Notes under the pieces: generated by a model | Told to the model about the DNA's origin: nothing | Database searches by the model: none | Seen by the model: only the letters and a program-made list of their open reading frames with translations | NCBI GenBank assembly: GCA_963842185.1 | Contig: CAWJFL010000007.1 | Coordinates: 145,176 to 209,175, forward strand | Reading direction: 5' to 3' | Source: an uncultured Verrucomicrobiae bacterium | GTDB taxonomy: Bacteria > Verrucomicrobiota > Verrucomicrobiia > Palsa-1439 | Length of the DNA stretch: 64,000 nt | Part shown: positions 41,039 to 51,290 of the stretch, one piece after another | How positions within the stretch are numbered: the stretch's first letter is position 1 | How the letters are laid out: each line of letters opens with the position of its first letter | Program-made: the position numbers and the translations under genes

Positions 41039-42538
41039 ATGTGGATCTCTCACTTAACTGCGGAGAATGTTCGCTCCTTTCCGGAGGTCGAAGTCGCCTT
41101 CTCACGCCGGATCAACGTTCTCATAGGACAGAACAACTCCGGCAAGTCCACAATCTTGCGGATTCTGCTCGGTTTGCAGGAAAGTCTTCCCGGTCTAGAC
41201 GCTGCCGATCTTCGGAAGGGGGCGGACAAGGGAGGTGCAGCAGTCACGTTCGACCTAGGGAAAACAAGCTTTCAGCCGAATGATCTCCAAGCAGTTACCT
41301 TTGAACTTGCTAACGGCGTAATATCGCAAAAGAAGTTGCTCCACTCTGGGGACCCAGGGCACCCTAATTCTTTTTCGAATCGAGAGCCTAAGAATTTTAT
41401 CTATCCGTTTCTCACCAAGCGGAAGGTTACAGGATTGGATGAGGCAATCAACGAGGACGTTGCTGCGCAAGTCCCTGCCAATTTTCAGCGACTGAACGCG
41501 AAAATCGACCGAGTCTCAAATCCAGATTTCGTACCGGCCAGTGAGATGTACGAGCGGGCCTGCCGAGACATACTTGGTTTTAGGATTACTTCGGCTCAGT
41601 CAGGGAGTGGGAAAAGAGCCGCCTACACGGTGAGAAACTTTGTCAATATCCCTCTCTCTTCAATGGGTGAGGGAGTGATGAATACTCTGGGGCTTGTTGT
41701 GGATCTTTGTGTGGCGGAGGAAAAGCTTTTCTTGGTCGAAGAACCCGAGAACGACATCCATCCACGGGCTCTCAAAGCCCTAATGAAATTCATATGCGAG
41801 AGGGCTGAGAAGAATCAATTCATCATTACCACGCATTCGAACATTGTGGCCAAGTACTTGGGTGCCCAGGCAGACACCAAGTTGTTTCACGTAACCGTCA
41901 GTTACCCAGACCGCGTTCCGACCTCAGAGATCAAGGAGGTAAGCAACTCCTCCGAAGCCCGTCTGGCAATCTTGGAAGACCTAGGCTACGAACTTGGCGA
42001 TTTTGACCTCTGGGAAGGTTGGCTCTTTCTGGAGGAGTCGTCGTCGGAGAAAATTATACGGCAGTATCTAATACCGTGGTTTGCTCCCAGACTGTCTGGC
42101 CGGCTGCGTACGTTCTCCGCACGGAGCCTGAGCGAGGTCGAGCTGAAGTTCGACGACTTTAACAGTCTGTTTGTATTCCTTCACCTGTCTCCTGCTTACA
42201 AGAACAAGGCATGGGTTATCCTCGACGGGGGTCAAGCCGAGGCCGGAGTCGTCAAGAAGCTGCAAGAGACGTATGGCCGTAGCGGTTGGCGGGCGGACCA
42301 GTTTCTCCAATTCACCCAACACGATTTTGAATCGTACTACCCGAAAGGATTTGCAACCGAAATTGCTGACGCCCTCGGCGAGAAAAACGTCGAGGCGAAG
42401 CGCGCGAAGAAAAAGGCTCTCCTCGATAACATCGAGCAGTGGATAGCGAAGAATGAAGAAGCGGCCAAGAAGGAATTCGCCCTATCCGCAGCAGAAGTGA
42501 TTCAAAGGCTTCAGGCAATCGCAAAGGTCATTTCCTAG
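41039..42538 (+). CDS. ABC/OLD-type AAA ATPase with a C-terminal Toprim-like (DUF4435/OLD-like) region, a putative defence-type NTPase
   Basis: Walker [10 protein letters not shown] at residues ~30-38, Walker B/D-loop [13 protein letters not shown] and H-loop ITTHSN. The C-terminal ~190 aa contain [13 protein letters not shown] and [11 protein letters not shown], which resemble Toprim E and D motifs. The region is clearly AT-richer than the flanks. Confidence 0.75.
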   Translation: MWISHLTAENVRSFPEVEVAFSRRINVLIGQNNSGKSTILRILLGLQESLPGLDAADLRKGADKGGAAVTFDLGKTSFQPNDLQAVTFELANGVISQKKLLHSGDPGHPNSFSNREPKNFIYPFLTKRKVTGLDEAINEDVAAQVPANFQRLNAKIDRVSNPDFVPASEMYERACRDILGFRITSAQSGSGKRAAYTVRNFVNIPLSSMGEGVMNTLGLVVDLCVAEEKLFLVEEPENDIHPRALKALMKFICERAEKNQFIITTHSNIVAKYLGAQADTKLFHVTVSYPDRVPTSEIKEVSNSSEARLAILEDLGYELGDFDLWEGWLFLEESSSEKIIRQYLIPWFAPRLSGRLRTFSARSLSEVELKFDDFNSLFVFLHLSPAYKNKAWVILDGGQAEAGVVKKLQETYGRSGWRADQFLQFTQHDFESYYPKGFATEIADALGEKNVEAKRAKKKALLDNIEQWIAKNEEAAKKEFALSAAEVIQRLQAIAKVIS

Positions 42539-42539
42539 C

Positions 42540-44837
42540 ATGAAATTCACTTACAACTGGCTGAAACAATACGTCGATGTTGATTGGTCGCCATCGGAAT
42601 TGGCCGACAAACTGACCTTTGCGGGAATTGAAGTGGAAGACATCACAACTGTTGGGGGCGGCCTGCTCCAGCAGGTCGTCGTCTGCCAGGTTCTGTCCAG
42701 CGACAAGCATCCAAACGCGGACAAGCTTTCGGTATGCCGGGTCAGTGACGGCCACGGCGAACGCCAGATCGTGTGCGGCGCGAAGAATTACAAGGTCGGC
42801 GACAAAGTGCCGTTGGCGTTGCCCGGCATAACCATGGCCAACGGGATGACGATCAAGGAGACGAGGCTGCGGGGTGTGGAATCGCAGGGCATGATGTGCT
42901 CAGCCGAAGAGTTGGGCCTTCCGAAAGGCGAAGACGGGTTGCTGATTTTGCCAGTCGACACGGCTGTTGGCATCACGCTTAGCGATGCCCGCGGCGGCAC
43001 CGACACGGTGTTTGACATTGAGGTCACGCCGAACCGGCCCGACTGGCTCAGCGTCATCGGCATTGCGCGCGAGATCAGCGCCCTGACGGGAAATCCGGTG
43101 AAACGTCCGCATGTTGTCGTCCATGAATCCGGCGAAAACATCGGCAAACTCACTTCGGTCACGATTGAGGCACCCGACCTGTGCCCGCGTTACACGGCGC
43201 GCGTCATCCGCGGCGTGAAAATCGGTCCCAGCCCGGCGTGGTTGAAACAGCTTCTGGAAAAAGTCGGGTTACGGCCGGTCAACAATGTGGTGGATGTAAC
43301 CAACTACGTGCTGCTCGAATGCGGGCATCCGTTGCACGCGTTCGATTACAACCGGTTGGCGGAACATCGGATCGTGGTGCGCCGCGCGGCGAAGGGTGAA
43401 AAGCTCCTGGCCATCGACGACAGTGCACATGAGTTGAGCAACGACATGCTGGTGATCGCCGATGCGAACCGCGCGGTGGCGCTGGCGGGCATCATGGGCG
43501 GCAAGGAGAGCGAGATCCACGATGGCACGACGGACGTATTGCTGGAGAGCGCCTGGTTCCTACCGGCGAACGTTCGCAAGACCTCCAAGCAGTGTGGATT
43601 GTCGAGCGATTCGAGTTATCGATTCGAGCGCGGCGCGGACATCGATGGCGTCATCTGGGCGAGCAACCGCGCGGCGCAATTGATCCAACAATTGGCCGGC
43701 GGACAGGTGGCGACCGGGATCATCGACACACTCGCGAAACCGATTGAGAAACGGCGGGTGCGCTGCCGGTATGCCCAGGTGAACCGTCTGTTGGGTATCG
43801 AGGTGCCGTCCGAGACGGTGAAGAAGATTTTCACGGGGCTGGGACTTTCTATGGTCGGCTCGGCGGGAGCCTCGCCCTCCCATGACTTTGTTGAAGCCGA
43901 AGTGCCGACGTTCCGCGTGGATTTGGAACGGGAGGTCGACCTGATCGAGGAGGTGTGTCGCATTTATGGCGTCGAGAAGATACCGGCAAAGAGGCTGCCG
44001 GCAATTGCCGCGGTGTCCGAGTTCGACACGAAATGGGATGCCCTCGCAAAAGTGCGGCGGGTGTTGACCGCGCTGGGATTTCACGAGGCGCAGAACCAGA
44101 CACTGGTGGGCGAGGGCGAGTTGAAGCTGCAGAATCCATTGAGCGCGGATCAACAGGCGTTGCGAGCGAAGCTTGAGCCCGGCTTGTTGGCGAACCTGCG
44201 CACGAACGTCTCAAGACATCAGTTCGACGTGAAACTGTTTGAAATCGGCCGCGTGTTCGCGTCGGATGGGAAAGAATCGTTGCACGTAGCGCTGGCAGTC
44301 ACCGGGCGGCGCCAACCGGATTCCTGGGAGACAGGCACACGGGAGGCGAAGCTGGATTATTATGACGTGAAGGGCGCGCTGGATGAGGTGGGAGACGCAT
44401 TGGGTGTGCCGCCCACGACCGAGATTCGACAGATTTCGCCCATTCAGGCAAAAAAGCTTGACCTGCGTGATGCGGTGTATGTCGCGGAGTTGGAGCTGGG
44501 ATCCTTGCTGGCGGCGCAAACGCATGAAAAGACATTCCGTGAATTGCCCAAGTTTCCCGCCGTGGTGCGCGATATGGCCTTGGTGGTGGATAAGACGGTG
44601 TCACATGCCGAGATCGTGGCGGCCATCGATAAGGGTCGAAATAAAGTCTTGGAACGGGTCGAACTTTTTGATATATATATGGGGAGTTCGATACCGACGG
44701 GAAAGAAATCAATGGCGTACTCGTTGACGTTCCGCGCGGCGGACAGGACGCTGACGGATGCGGAGGTTAACGGGGCGCATGAACAGTTGAAACGTTCGTT
44801 GGTGCAAACGTTGAAGTGTGAGATTCGCGAGAGCTGA
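42540..44837 (+). CDS. pheT: Phenylalanine--tRNA ligase beta subunit
   Basis: [13 protein letters not shown].., the tRNA-binding domain [12 protein letters not shown], and B3/4, B5 and FDX-ACB regions. Confidence 0.96.
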   Translation: MKFTYNWLKQYVDVDWSPSELADKLTFAGIEVEDITTVGGGLLQQVVVCQVLSSDKHPNADKLSVCRVSDGHGERQIVCGAKNYKVGDKVPLALPGITMANGMTIKETRLRGVESQGMMCSAEELGLPKGEDGLLILPVDTAVGITLSDARGGTDTVFDIEVTPNRPDWLSVIGIAREISALTGNPVKRPHVVVHESGENIGKLTSVTIEAPDLCPRYTARVIRGVKIGPSPAWLKQLLEKVGLRPVNNVVDVTNYVLLECGHPLHAFDYNRLAEHRIVVRRAAKGEKLLAIDDSAHELSNDMLVIADANRAVALAGIMGGKESEIHDGTTDVLLESAWFLPANVRKTSKQCGLSSDSSYRFERGADIDGVIWASNRAAQLIQQLAGGQVATGIIDTLAKPIEKRRVRCRYAQVNRLLGIEVPSETVKKIFTGLGLSMVGSAGASPSHDFVEAEVPTFRVDLEREVDLIEEVCRIYGVEKIPAKRLPAIAAVSEFDTKWDALAKVRRVLTALGFHEAQNQTLVGEGELKLQNPLSADQQALRAKLEPGLLANLRTNVSRHQFDVKLFEIGRVFASDGKESLHVALAVTGRRQPDSWETGTREAKLDYYDVKGALDEVGDALGVPPTTEIRQISPIQAKKLDLRDAVYVAELELGSLLAAQTHEKTFRELPKFPAVVRDMALVVDKTVSHAEIVAAIDKGRNKVLERVELFDIYMGSSIPTGKKSMAYSLTFRAADRTLTDAEVNGAHEQLKRSLVQTLKCEIRES

Positions 44838-45248
44838 TGTACATGAGCAGGGTAATTAAGCGACGACCATTAAAAGTGACTGGAATATTCTTGAATTCGA
44901 TCGGGACAAATGTTACAAGGGAAGCAAGCGGGCGACGATGGTCGCCGATGTTCTTTGCCAAGGCAAGATTTTGGAAATACCCTGCCATGTTCGTAACAAA
45001 CGACACTTCTTTGAGCCAACACCGTCATTGACGGAGCTCGGTGTTCGGTTGTGGATTGCATGCCTTCACTGGAAGCATGAAACAGCCGGCAGAGCCCCCT
45101 ATTAGTAAGGGGTTCAAAGATATCGTTTAGACGGCATTACGGCGGGGTATTTCCGTTTTGGTGCCCAGCCTCGCGGGGCGTTCGGGCTCCTGTCGGTCTA
45201 ACGCCACAGATCACACGCGGCTCAGAATCCGGGGCCAGATTGGTGGTC

Positions 45249-46584
45249 ATGACCGAGAACCTGTTTTCCAACCAATCCCTGAGACCCGCCGCCACGGCGG
45301 AGGCTGGCGACCTCGCCACCGCTCCATTGGCCACCCGAATGCGCCCGCGCACGCTGGAGGAGTTCGTCGGGCAAGGCCACATACTCGGGCAAGGCAAGCT
45401 CCTCTGGCGTGCGATCAAGGCCGACCGCATCAGTTCCATCATCCTCTATGGCCCGCCGGGAACGGGCAAGACATCGCTTGCCCGGGTCATCGCCAACGCC
45501 ACCAAAAGCAAGTTCGAAAGCCTCAGCGGCGTGGAATCGAATGTCGCGGACATCCGTCGCGTCATCGCCACCGCCGCCAATCGTCTGGCCAACACGGGCC
45601 AACGCACGATCCTGTTCATTGACGAGATTCACCGGTTCAACAAATCCCAACAGGACGTGTTGCTACCCGACGTGGAGAACGGGACGATCCGGCTGATCGG
45701 CGCGACAACCCATAACCCGTCTTTCTATATCAACTCACCGCTCGTGTCGCGCTCGCAGATTTTCCAACTCAAACCGCTGACACCGGCCGACATCAAGGAA
45801 TTGATGCGGCGGGCGTTAGCGGACAAAGAACGTGGTCTCGGCGCCAAGAAAATCAAAGTGGACGCCGGCGCACTGGATTTTCTTGCCACGGCGTGTGATG
45901 GCGACGGACGCAAGGCGCTGAACTCCTTGGAAATCGGCGTCCTGACAACCCCGTCGGGACATATCACCAAACAGATTGCCGAGGAATCCATCCAGAAGAA
46001 GGCCGTGGTCTACGACGCGGACGAGGACGAGCATTACGACACGATCTCGGCCTTCATCAAGTCGATGCGCGGCAGCGATCCCGACGCCGCGTTGTACTGG
46101 CTGGCGAAAATGGTGGTTGCCGGGGAAGACCCCCGGTTCATCGCACGACGGATCGTGATCCTGGCCGCGGAAGACATCGGCCTGGCGGACCCGCAGGCGC
46201 TGGTTCTGTCGGTGGCGGCGCATCACGCGGTGGAGTTCATTGGCTGGCCCGAAGGCGAGTTGCCGTTGGCGGAAGCGACGGTCTATTGCGCGACTGCGCC
46301 GAAATCGAATGCCAGCGCGAAAGGGATTTGGAGCGCCAAAGCCGACGTCGAGCAGGGACGAACGCTGGAAATCCCCGCGCACCTCAAAGACACACATTAC
46401 AAGGGCGCGGCCCGGCTTGGCCACGGGGAAGGTTACAAGTACGCCCACGATTTCGAAGGGCACGTTGTCGAACAAGACCACCTGCCCGGAGCATCGCAAG
46501 TATTACGAGCCGGGCGACCAGGGCTTCGAGATCAAGGTCCGCGAACGAATGGACAAATGGAAGCAACTGCTCAAGAAAAAGTAG
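45249..46584 (+). CDS. rarA: Replication-associated recombination protein A (AAA+). It needs a +1 frame change near 46485-46489 to reach its canonical C-terminus
   Basis: PLATRMRPRTLEEFVGQ, GPPGTGKTSLA, FIDEIHRFNKSQQD and GYKYAHDF lie in frame 0. The canonical tail YYEPGDQGFEIKVRERMDKWKQLLKKK* lies in the +1 frame and ends at 46584. As given, frame 0 instead reads through into the next gene, producing the 636-aa ORF. Confidence 0.85.
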
Positions 46585-47150
46585 CGTTGCGGGAACAGAT
46601 GCGCGCGCGCCTGGCCGGGCAGGGCGCGGCCGACGTTCGCGCGAAGAGCGCGGCCATTTGGGAGCGGCTCTCGGTCCTGAAAGAATTCGCAATCGCCCCG
46701 CGGCTGCTGGTGTACGTGTCCACGGGAAACGAAGTGGATACGCAGGGACTGATCCGTCAGTTGCTCGCGATGGGCCGACAGGTATGCGTGCCGCGGTTTG
46801 AAACGGCGACGCAACACTACGCCGCATCCGAGTTGCATGATTTTGATACCGAGTTGACAACAGGCAAATTTGGAATTTTAGAACCGAAACCCGGGGCAGT
46901 ACGACCGGCGGCGCTCGATCAAATTGACGCCGTGCTGGTGCCCGGGTTGGCGTTCGACGAAACGGGAAACCGATTGGGCCGCGGATTGGGTCATTTCGAC
47001 CGCTTGCTGGGACAAACCAGCGGTGTCAAGATTGCGCTGGCCTACGATTTCCAGGTATTGGACGAGGTCCCGGCGGAAGCGCACGACGCCCGCATGGACT
47101 TCATTGTGACGGAAACACGAGTGGTCAACCCCAGGGGTAACCGACAATGA
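46557..47150 (+). CDS. 5-formyltetrahydrofolate cyclo-ligase
   Basis: An internal ATG gives MEATAQEKVALREQMRARL.. (197 aa), with the motifs LVPGLAFDETGNRLGRGLGHFDR and HDARMDFIVTE. Confidence 0.85.
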   Translation: MEATAQEKVALREQMRARLAGQGAADVRAKSAAIWERLSVLKEFAIAPRLLVYVSTGNEVDTQGLIRQLLAMGRQVCVPRFETATQHYAASELHDFDTELTTGKFGILEPKPGAVRPAALDQIDAVLVPGLAFDETGNRLGRGLGHFDRLLGQTSGVKIALAYDFQVLDEVPAEAHDARMDFIVTETRVVNPRGNRQ

Positions 47151-48688
47151 CCTATATCATGATCGGTCTCATCACCCTGGTCGTCGGCGTCGCGGTTGGC
47201 TGGTTCGTTTGCCAGGCCAAGGCGAAAGCGGACACCAAAACGGCTGGTGGGATCATTGAGACCGCGCGGAAGGAAGCGGAAGAAACGCTTCGGGATGCGC
47301 GGGTAAAAGCGCAGGAAGAAACATTCAAATCACGAGAGCAGTTTGACAAGGAAAGCAAGGATCGACGGCAGGAACTGCAGGAAATGGAAAAGCGGGTCAT
47401 GCAGCGCGAGTCCAATTTGGATCGCAAGGCGGATTTGCTCGACCGAAAGACGGAGGAGGTTTCCAAGAAGGAAGTGACGGTTGTGGAACGCGAAAAGGAA
47501 CTTCACAAGATTCAGACCGACATTGACGACCTGAAAAAGCTGACCCAGCGGGAGCTGGAACGGGTAGCGGGTCTCAGCGCCGAGGAAGCCAAGAAGGGAT
47601 TGCTGATGCAGCTTCAGGAGGACGTACGTGGTGAAGCCGCCGCGATGACCCGACGGATCATCGATGAAGCCAAGGAGCAGGCCGACCGCGAAGCCAAGCG
47701 GACCATCATCGTCGCCATTGAGCGGTGCGCGTCGAGCTACGTCCAGACGGCGACAAACTGTACGATTGCGCTCCCAAGCGAAGAGATGAAAGGGCGGATC
47801 ATCGGCCGCGAGGGCCGGAACATTCGCGCCTTTGAAGCTGCCACGGGGATCAACGTGCTCATTGATGACACGCCCCAGGCAGTGGTGCTCAGTGGGTTCG
47901 ACCCCGTCCGTCGCGAGTTAGCCCGGCAGACGTTGGAACGCCTCATCGCCGATGGCCGGATCAACCCGGCCCGCATTGAGGAGGAGGTCGCGAAGGTCCG
48001 TGAAGAACTGGACGGGCTGATCCACAAAGCAGGTGAGGAAGCGGTGATTCGGGTCGGGTTGCAAAAGGTGCATCCCGAAGTAACCCGGTTGCTTGGACGA
48101 CTTCGATTCCGCCACAGTTTTGCCCAGAACGTGCTGGATCATTCAGTGGAAGTCGCCGAGATTGAGGGCATGATGGCGGCGGAACTCGGCCTCAACCAGC
48201 AGATCGCCAAGCGCGTGGGCCTGTTCCACGACATCGGCAAGGCGGTGGACCACGAAGTCGAAGGATCGCATGCCAAGATCGGTGCGGAACTTCTCCGGAA
48301 GTACGGCGAGCCGGACGAGGTGTGGCAGGGGGTGGCTTGTCACCACCACGAAGTTGAGCCGACCACCACGTACGGCGTGCTGGCGAGTGCGGCGGACGCC
48401 ATTAGCGCGTCGCGGCCCGGCGCCCGCAGCGAAAGCATGGATCTGTACCTCCAACGCCTCGAGAAGCTCGAAACCGTCGCCAACGCTTTCCCCGGTGTCG
48501 ATAAAAGCTACGCACTTCAGGCGGGGCGGGAGATTCGCGTATTTGTGCAACCGAATAGTGTCACCGACGACGAAGCGGTTCAGATGGCGCGCAACATTAG
48601 CAAAAAGATCGAGCAGGAGTTGCAGTACCCCGGCCAAATCAAGGTCACCGTGGTTCGTGAAACACGGGCCGTGGAGTATGCCAAATGA
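47147..48688 (+). CDS. rny: Ribonuclease Y
   Basis: N-terminal TM, a coiled coil, a KH domain (MKGRIIGREGRNIRAFE) and an HD domain (VGLFHDIGKAVDHE). Confidence 0.95.
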   Translation: MTYIMIGLITLVVGVAVGWFVCQAKAKADTKTAGGIIETARKEAEETLRDARVKAQEETFKSREQFDKESKDRRQELQEMEKRVMQRESNLDRKADLLDRKTEEVSKKEVTVVEREKELHKIQTDIDDLKKLTQRELERVAGLSAEEAKKGLLMQLQEDVRGEAAAMTRRIIDEAKEQADREAKRTIIVAIERCASSYVQTATNCTIALPSEEMKGRIIGREGRNIRAFEAATGINVLIDDTPQAVVLSGFDPVRRELARQTLERLIADGRINPARIEEEVAKVREELDGLIHKAGEEAVIRVGLQKVHPEVTRLLGRLRFRHSFAQNVLDHSVEVAEIEGMMAAELGLNQQIAKRVGLFHDIGKAVDHEVEGSHAKIGAELLRKYGEPDEVWQGVACHHHEVEPTTTYGVLASAADAISASRPGARSESMDLYLQRLEKLETVANAFPGVDKSYALQAGREIRVFVQPNSVTDDEAVQMARNISKKIEQELQYPGQIKVTVVRETRAVEYAK

Positions 48689-49476
48689 GGATCCTGTTCA
48701 TTGGCGACGTCGTCGGCAAACCCGGGCGGCGGGCAGTCGCCAGCCTGGTGCCGCGCCTGCGTGAGGAACGGGCAATCGACTTCGTCATCGCCAACGGCGA
48801 AAACAGCGCGCACGGAGCCGGCCTGACCGCATCAACCGTGGACGCGTTGCTCACAAGCGGGGTGGACGTGATCACCTCGGGCGACCACGTGTGGGACCAA
48901 AAAGAGGTCTACGAAGTCATCGAGCGCGAACCGCGGTTGCTGCGTCCGTTGAACTTCCCGCCCTCCGCGCCGGGGAAGGGATCGACCGTGGTCCGATTGG
49001 ATGGATTGCCGCCCGTCGGGGTGCTCAACCTGATCGGCCGGGTATTTATGCCGAACACGGATTGTCCGTTTCGCGCCGCAGAAGCCGAGGTCGCGCGGTT
49101 GCTTACACAGACGAAAATCATCATTGTGGACTTGCATGCCGAAGCCACGAGCGAGAAAATTGCCATGGGTCGGTTCCTGGATGGAAAGGTAAGCGCGGTG
49201 ATTGGAACACACACACACGTGGCGACGGCCGACGAACGCATCCTGCCCAAGGGCACGGCGTACCTGTCGGACGCGGGCATGTGTGGGCCGCATGATTCGG
49301 TGCTCGGGCGGGACGTTGGCGCGGTGCTGCAGCGGTTCCTCACGCAGATGCCACAGAAGATGGAGGTTGCGGAGGGTGACGTCGCGCTGTGCGGCGCGAT
49401 TGTCGACGCGGACGAGACGACCGGTCGCGCCCGCTCCATCGAACGAATTCGAATCCCTTGTGACGAGAGAGAATGA
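48685..49476 (+). CDS. ymdB: YmdB-family metallophosphoesterase (TIGR00282)
   Basis: MRILFIGDVVGKPGRRAV..NGENSAHGAGLT..DLHAEATSEK..GTHTHV. It forms the conserved rny-ymdB pair. Confidence 0.9.
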   Translation: MRILFIGDVVGKPGRRAVASLVPRLREERAIDFVIANGENSAHGAGLTASTVDALLTSGVDVITSGDHVWDQKEVYEVIEREPRLLRPLNFPPSAPGKGSTVVRLDGLPPVGVLNLIGRVFMPNTDCPFRAAEAEVARLLTQTKIIIVDLHAEATSEKIAMGRFLDGKVSAVIGTHTHVATADERILPKGTAYLSDAGMCGPHDSVLGRDVGAVLQRFLTQMPQKMEVAEGDVALCGAIVDADETTGRARSIERIRIPCDERE

Positions 49477-49480
49477 CGTG

Positions 49481-50704
49481 ATGATCTTACGAGCGCGATA
49501 CGTATTGCCGATGGACCAGCCGCCGATCGAAGACGGTGCGGTGGCCATCGAAGGCGACACGATTGTGGCCGTGGGCAAGACCGCGGACGTGCGGGCGGCG
49601 CACACGGGCGAGGTTCGCGACGTCGGCGAACGAGCGCTGGCGCCGGGGTTGATCAACGCGCATTGCCATCTCGACTACACGCGGCTTCACGATGAGGTCC
49701 AGTGGCGCGGCAGTTTCACCGAGTGGCTTCTGCAATTGATTGCCGCCAAGAAACTCCACCCCGAGAAAGAATACCTCGGGGGAATCCAAATGGGCCTGGA
49801 CATGCTGGCGCGGTCCGGGACGACCACGGTGGTGAACATCGAGTCTTTCCCGCGGTTCATCGAGCAGATTCCGCCGCCCCAGTTGCGGGTGTGGTGGTGC
49901 CTGGAAATGATTGATTTCAATCATCCCGAAGGCGCCCGCGAAGTGGCGGCGCAGGCGTTGGAGTTTATCGCGGGCCATTCCGTTTCGCGTGGAGGTTTTG
50001 GGTTTTCGCCGCATGCGCCCTACACGGCGACCGCGGAGCTGTACCGGCTCTGCGCTCAATACTCTCGCGGGCGCAACATTCCTTTGACGACGCACCTGGC
50101 CGAGTCGGAGGAAGAAGACGACATGATTCGCCGCGGCACGGGGCATATGTATGACTATTTTTTGCGCGCGGGACGCGACATGTCCGACTGCAAACGCGCA
50201 AGTCCGACCCAATTGCTGTCCGAGTGCGGCGTGCTGGGCCCCAACTGCCTCGCCGCCCATGCGAATTACCTCACACCGCTGGACGTCACACTGCTCAAGC
50301 AGACGGGCACCCATGTGGTGCACTGCCCGAAGACGCATCGCTTCTTCGGCCGTGGCAGCCCCCCGCTGGGCACATGGAAAGAGCATCGGATCAATACCTG
50401 CCTCGGTACTGACAGCATGGCCAGCAACGATACGTTGAGCATGCTGGGCGAAATGCAAGCGCTCGGGCATATGTTACCGCGGATATCAGCCCAGGAATTG
50501 TTGACCCTGGCCACGGTCAACGGGGCCAAGGCGTTGAATCTCCGTGACAAGCTGGGACGAATCAGCGTCGGCGCCTGGGCCGACCTGATCGCGGCCCCGA
50601 TGGATGGAGCCGGCGGAGACCCCTACGAGGCAATCGTTTACGCCGACAAGCAGGTGAGTTTCTCAATGGTGGGGGGCAAGGTGGTCATCGATGAGACGGA
50701 ATAA
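49481..50704 (+). CDS. Amidohydrolase-family deaminase (MTA/SAH or aminofutalosine deaminase-like)
   Basis: Trimmed to the ATG at 49481 (MILRARYVLPMD..). Metal motifs INAHCHLDY, THLAESEEE, HANYL and LGTDSMASN. Confidence 0.8.
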   Translation: MILRARYVLPMDQPPIEDGAVAIEGDTIVAVGKTADVRAAHTGEVRDVGERALAPGLINAHCHLDYTRLHDEVQWRGSFTEWLLQLIAAKKLHPEKEYLGGIQMGLDMLARSGTTTVVNIESFPRFIEQIPPPQLRVWWCLEMIDFNHPEGAREVAAQALEFIAGHSVSRGGFGFSPHAPYTATAELYRLCAQYSRGRNIPLTTHLAESEEEDDMIRRGTGHMYDYFLRAGRDMSDCKRASPTQLLSECGVLGPNCLAAHANYLTPLDVTLLKQTGTHVVHCPKTHRFFGRGSPPLGTWKEHRINTCLGTDSMASNDTLSMLGEMQALGHMLPRISAQELLTLATVNGAKALNLRDKLGRISVGAWADLIAAPMDGAGGDPYEAIVYADKQVSFSMVGGKVVIDETE

Positions 50705-51290
50705 CGTAGCGGTCAGGTGCATCGGTCTTCTGGGGCTAACCAGTTTGTTGTTCTTCACACGGGTCGCGGTCGCGGGTACGGAGACCAACACGTCCCTGCG
50801 CGCCGACGAACAGGCGGTGATCTTTTTGGAGCGAACGGGCCGGTATGACGAAGCCGAGGCGCGTAGCATACAGATGTTGCAGCAGAATCCGAATGATGTG
50901 AATGCCAAGCGGTTGCTTGCGGAGGTCGAAGATGCGAAACACAAGCCCCATCCCTCTACGGCGCTGAGAGAGACTTTGGATGAAATCATCATCCCCGAGG
51001 TAGACTTCCGTGGGGTGGGGGTGGCGGACGCCATTGACTTCTTGCGAACGGAAAGCCAGAAGATTTCGGGCGCGGATTACCCGATCAACTTCGTCTGGCA
51101 GGCGTCAGAGAGTTTCAAGACCGCCAAGGTCACGTTGAATCTTCGCAGTGTCCCGCTGGCGGATGTGCTGAAGTATGTGACGGAGAGTGCCGGGCTGCGC
51201 TACCGCGTCGATCCGCGTGCCGTGGTGATTTATCAACCGCTGCCCGCCGCGCCGACGGGATCTTCCCCATCGAATGTCAAGTCTCCGTGA
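50691..51290 (+). CDS. Secreted protein with a TPR-like N-terminal part and a secretin-N/STN-like C-terminal domain
   Basis: Signal peptide VRCIGLLGLTSLLFFTRVAVAG. The C-terminal pattern VDFRGVGVADAIDFL..VTLNLRSVPLADVLKYVTESAGLRYRVD..VVIY resembles STN/N0 modules. Confidence 0.5.
   Translation: MRRNNVAVRCIGLLGLTSLLFFTRVAVAGTETNTSLRADEQAVIFLERTGRYDEAEARSIQMLQQNPNDVNAKRLLAEVEDAKHKPHPSTALRETLDEIIIPEVDFRGVGVADAIDFLRTESQKISGADYPINFVWQASESFKTAKVTLNLRSVPLADVLKYVTESAGLRYRVDPRAVVIYQPLPAAPTGSSPSNVKSP

Noticed and set aside
44837-45061. Short ORFs (64, 79 and 63 aa) in the pheT-rarA spacer as toxin/antitoxin or small-protein genes
   Set aside because: They overlap each other on both strands, lack RBS-like sequences and have no recognisable motifs. 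I kept the region only as an unexplained non-coding gap.
45240-47150. Treating the 636-aa ORF as a genuine RarA / 5-FCL fusion protein
   Set aside because: The canonical RarA C-terminus is present in the +1 frame ending at 46584. The 5-FCL part has its own in-frame ATG at 46557. The linker residues match neither family, so a frame error is the simpler explanation.
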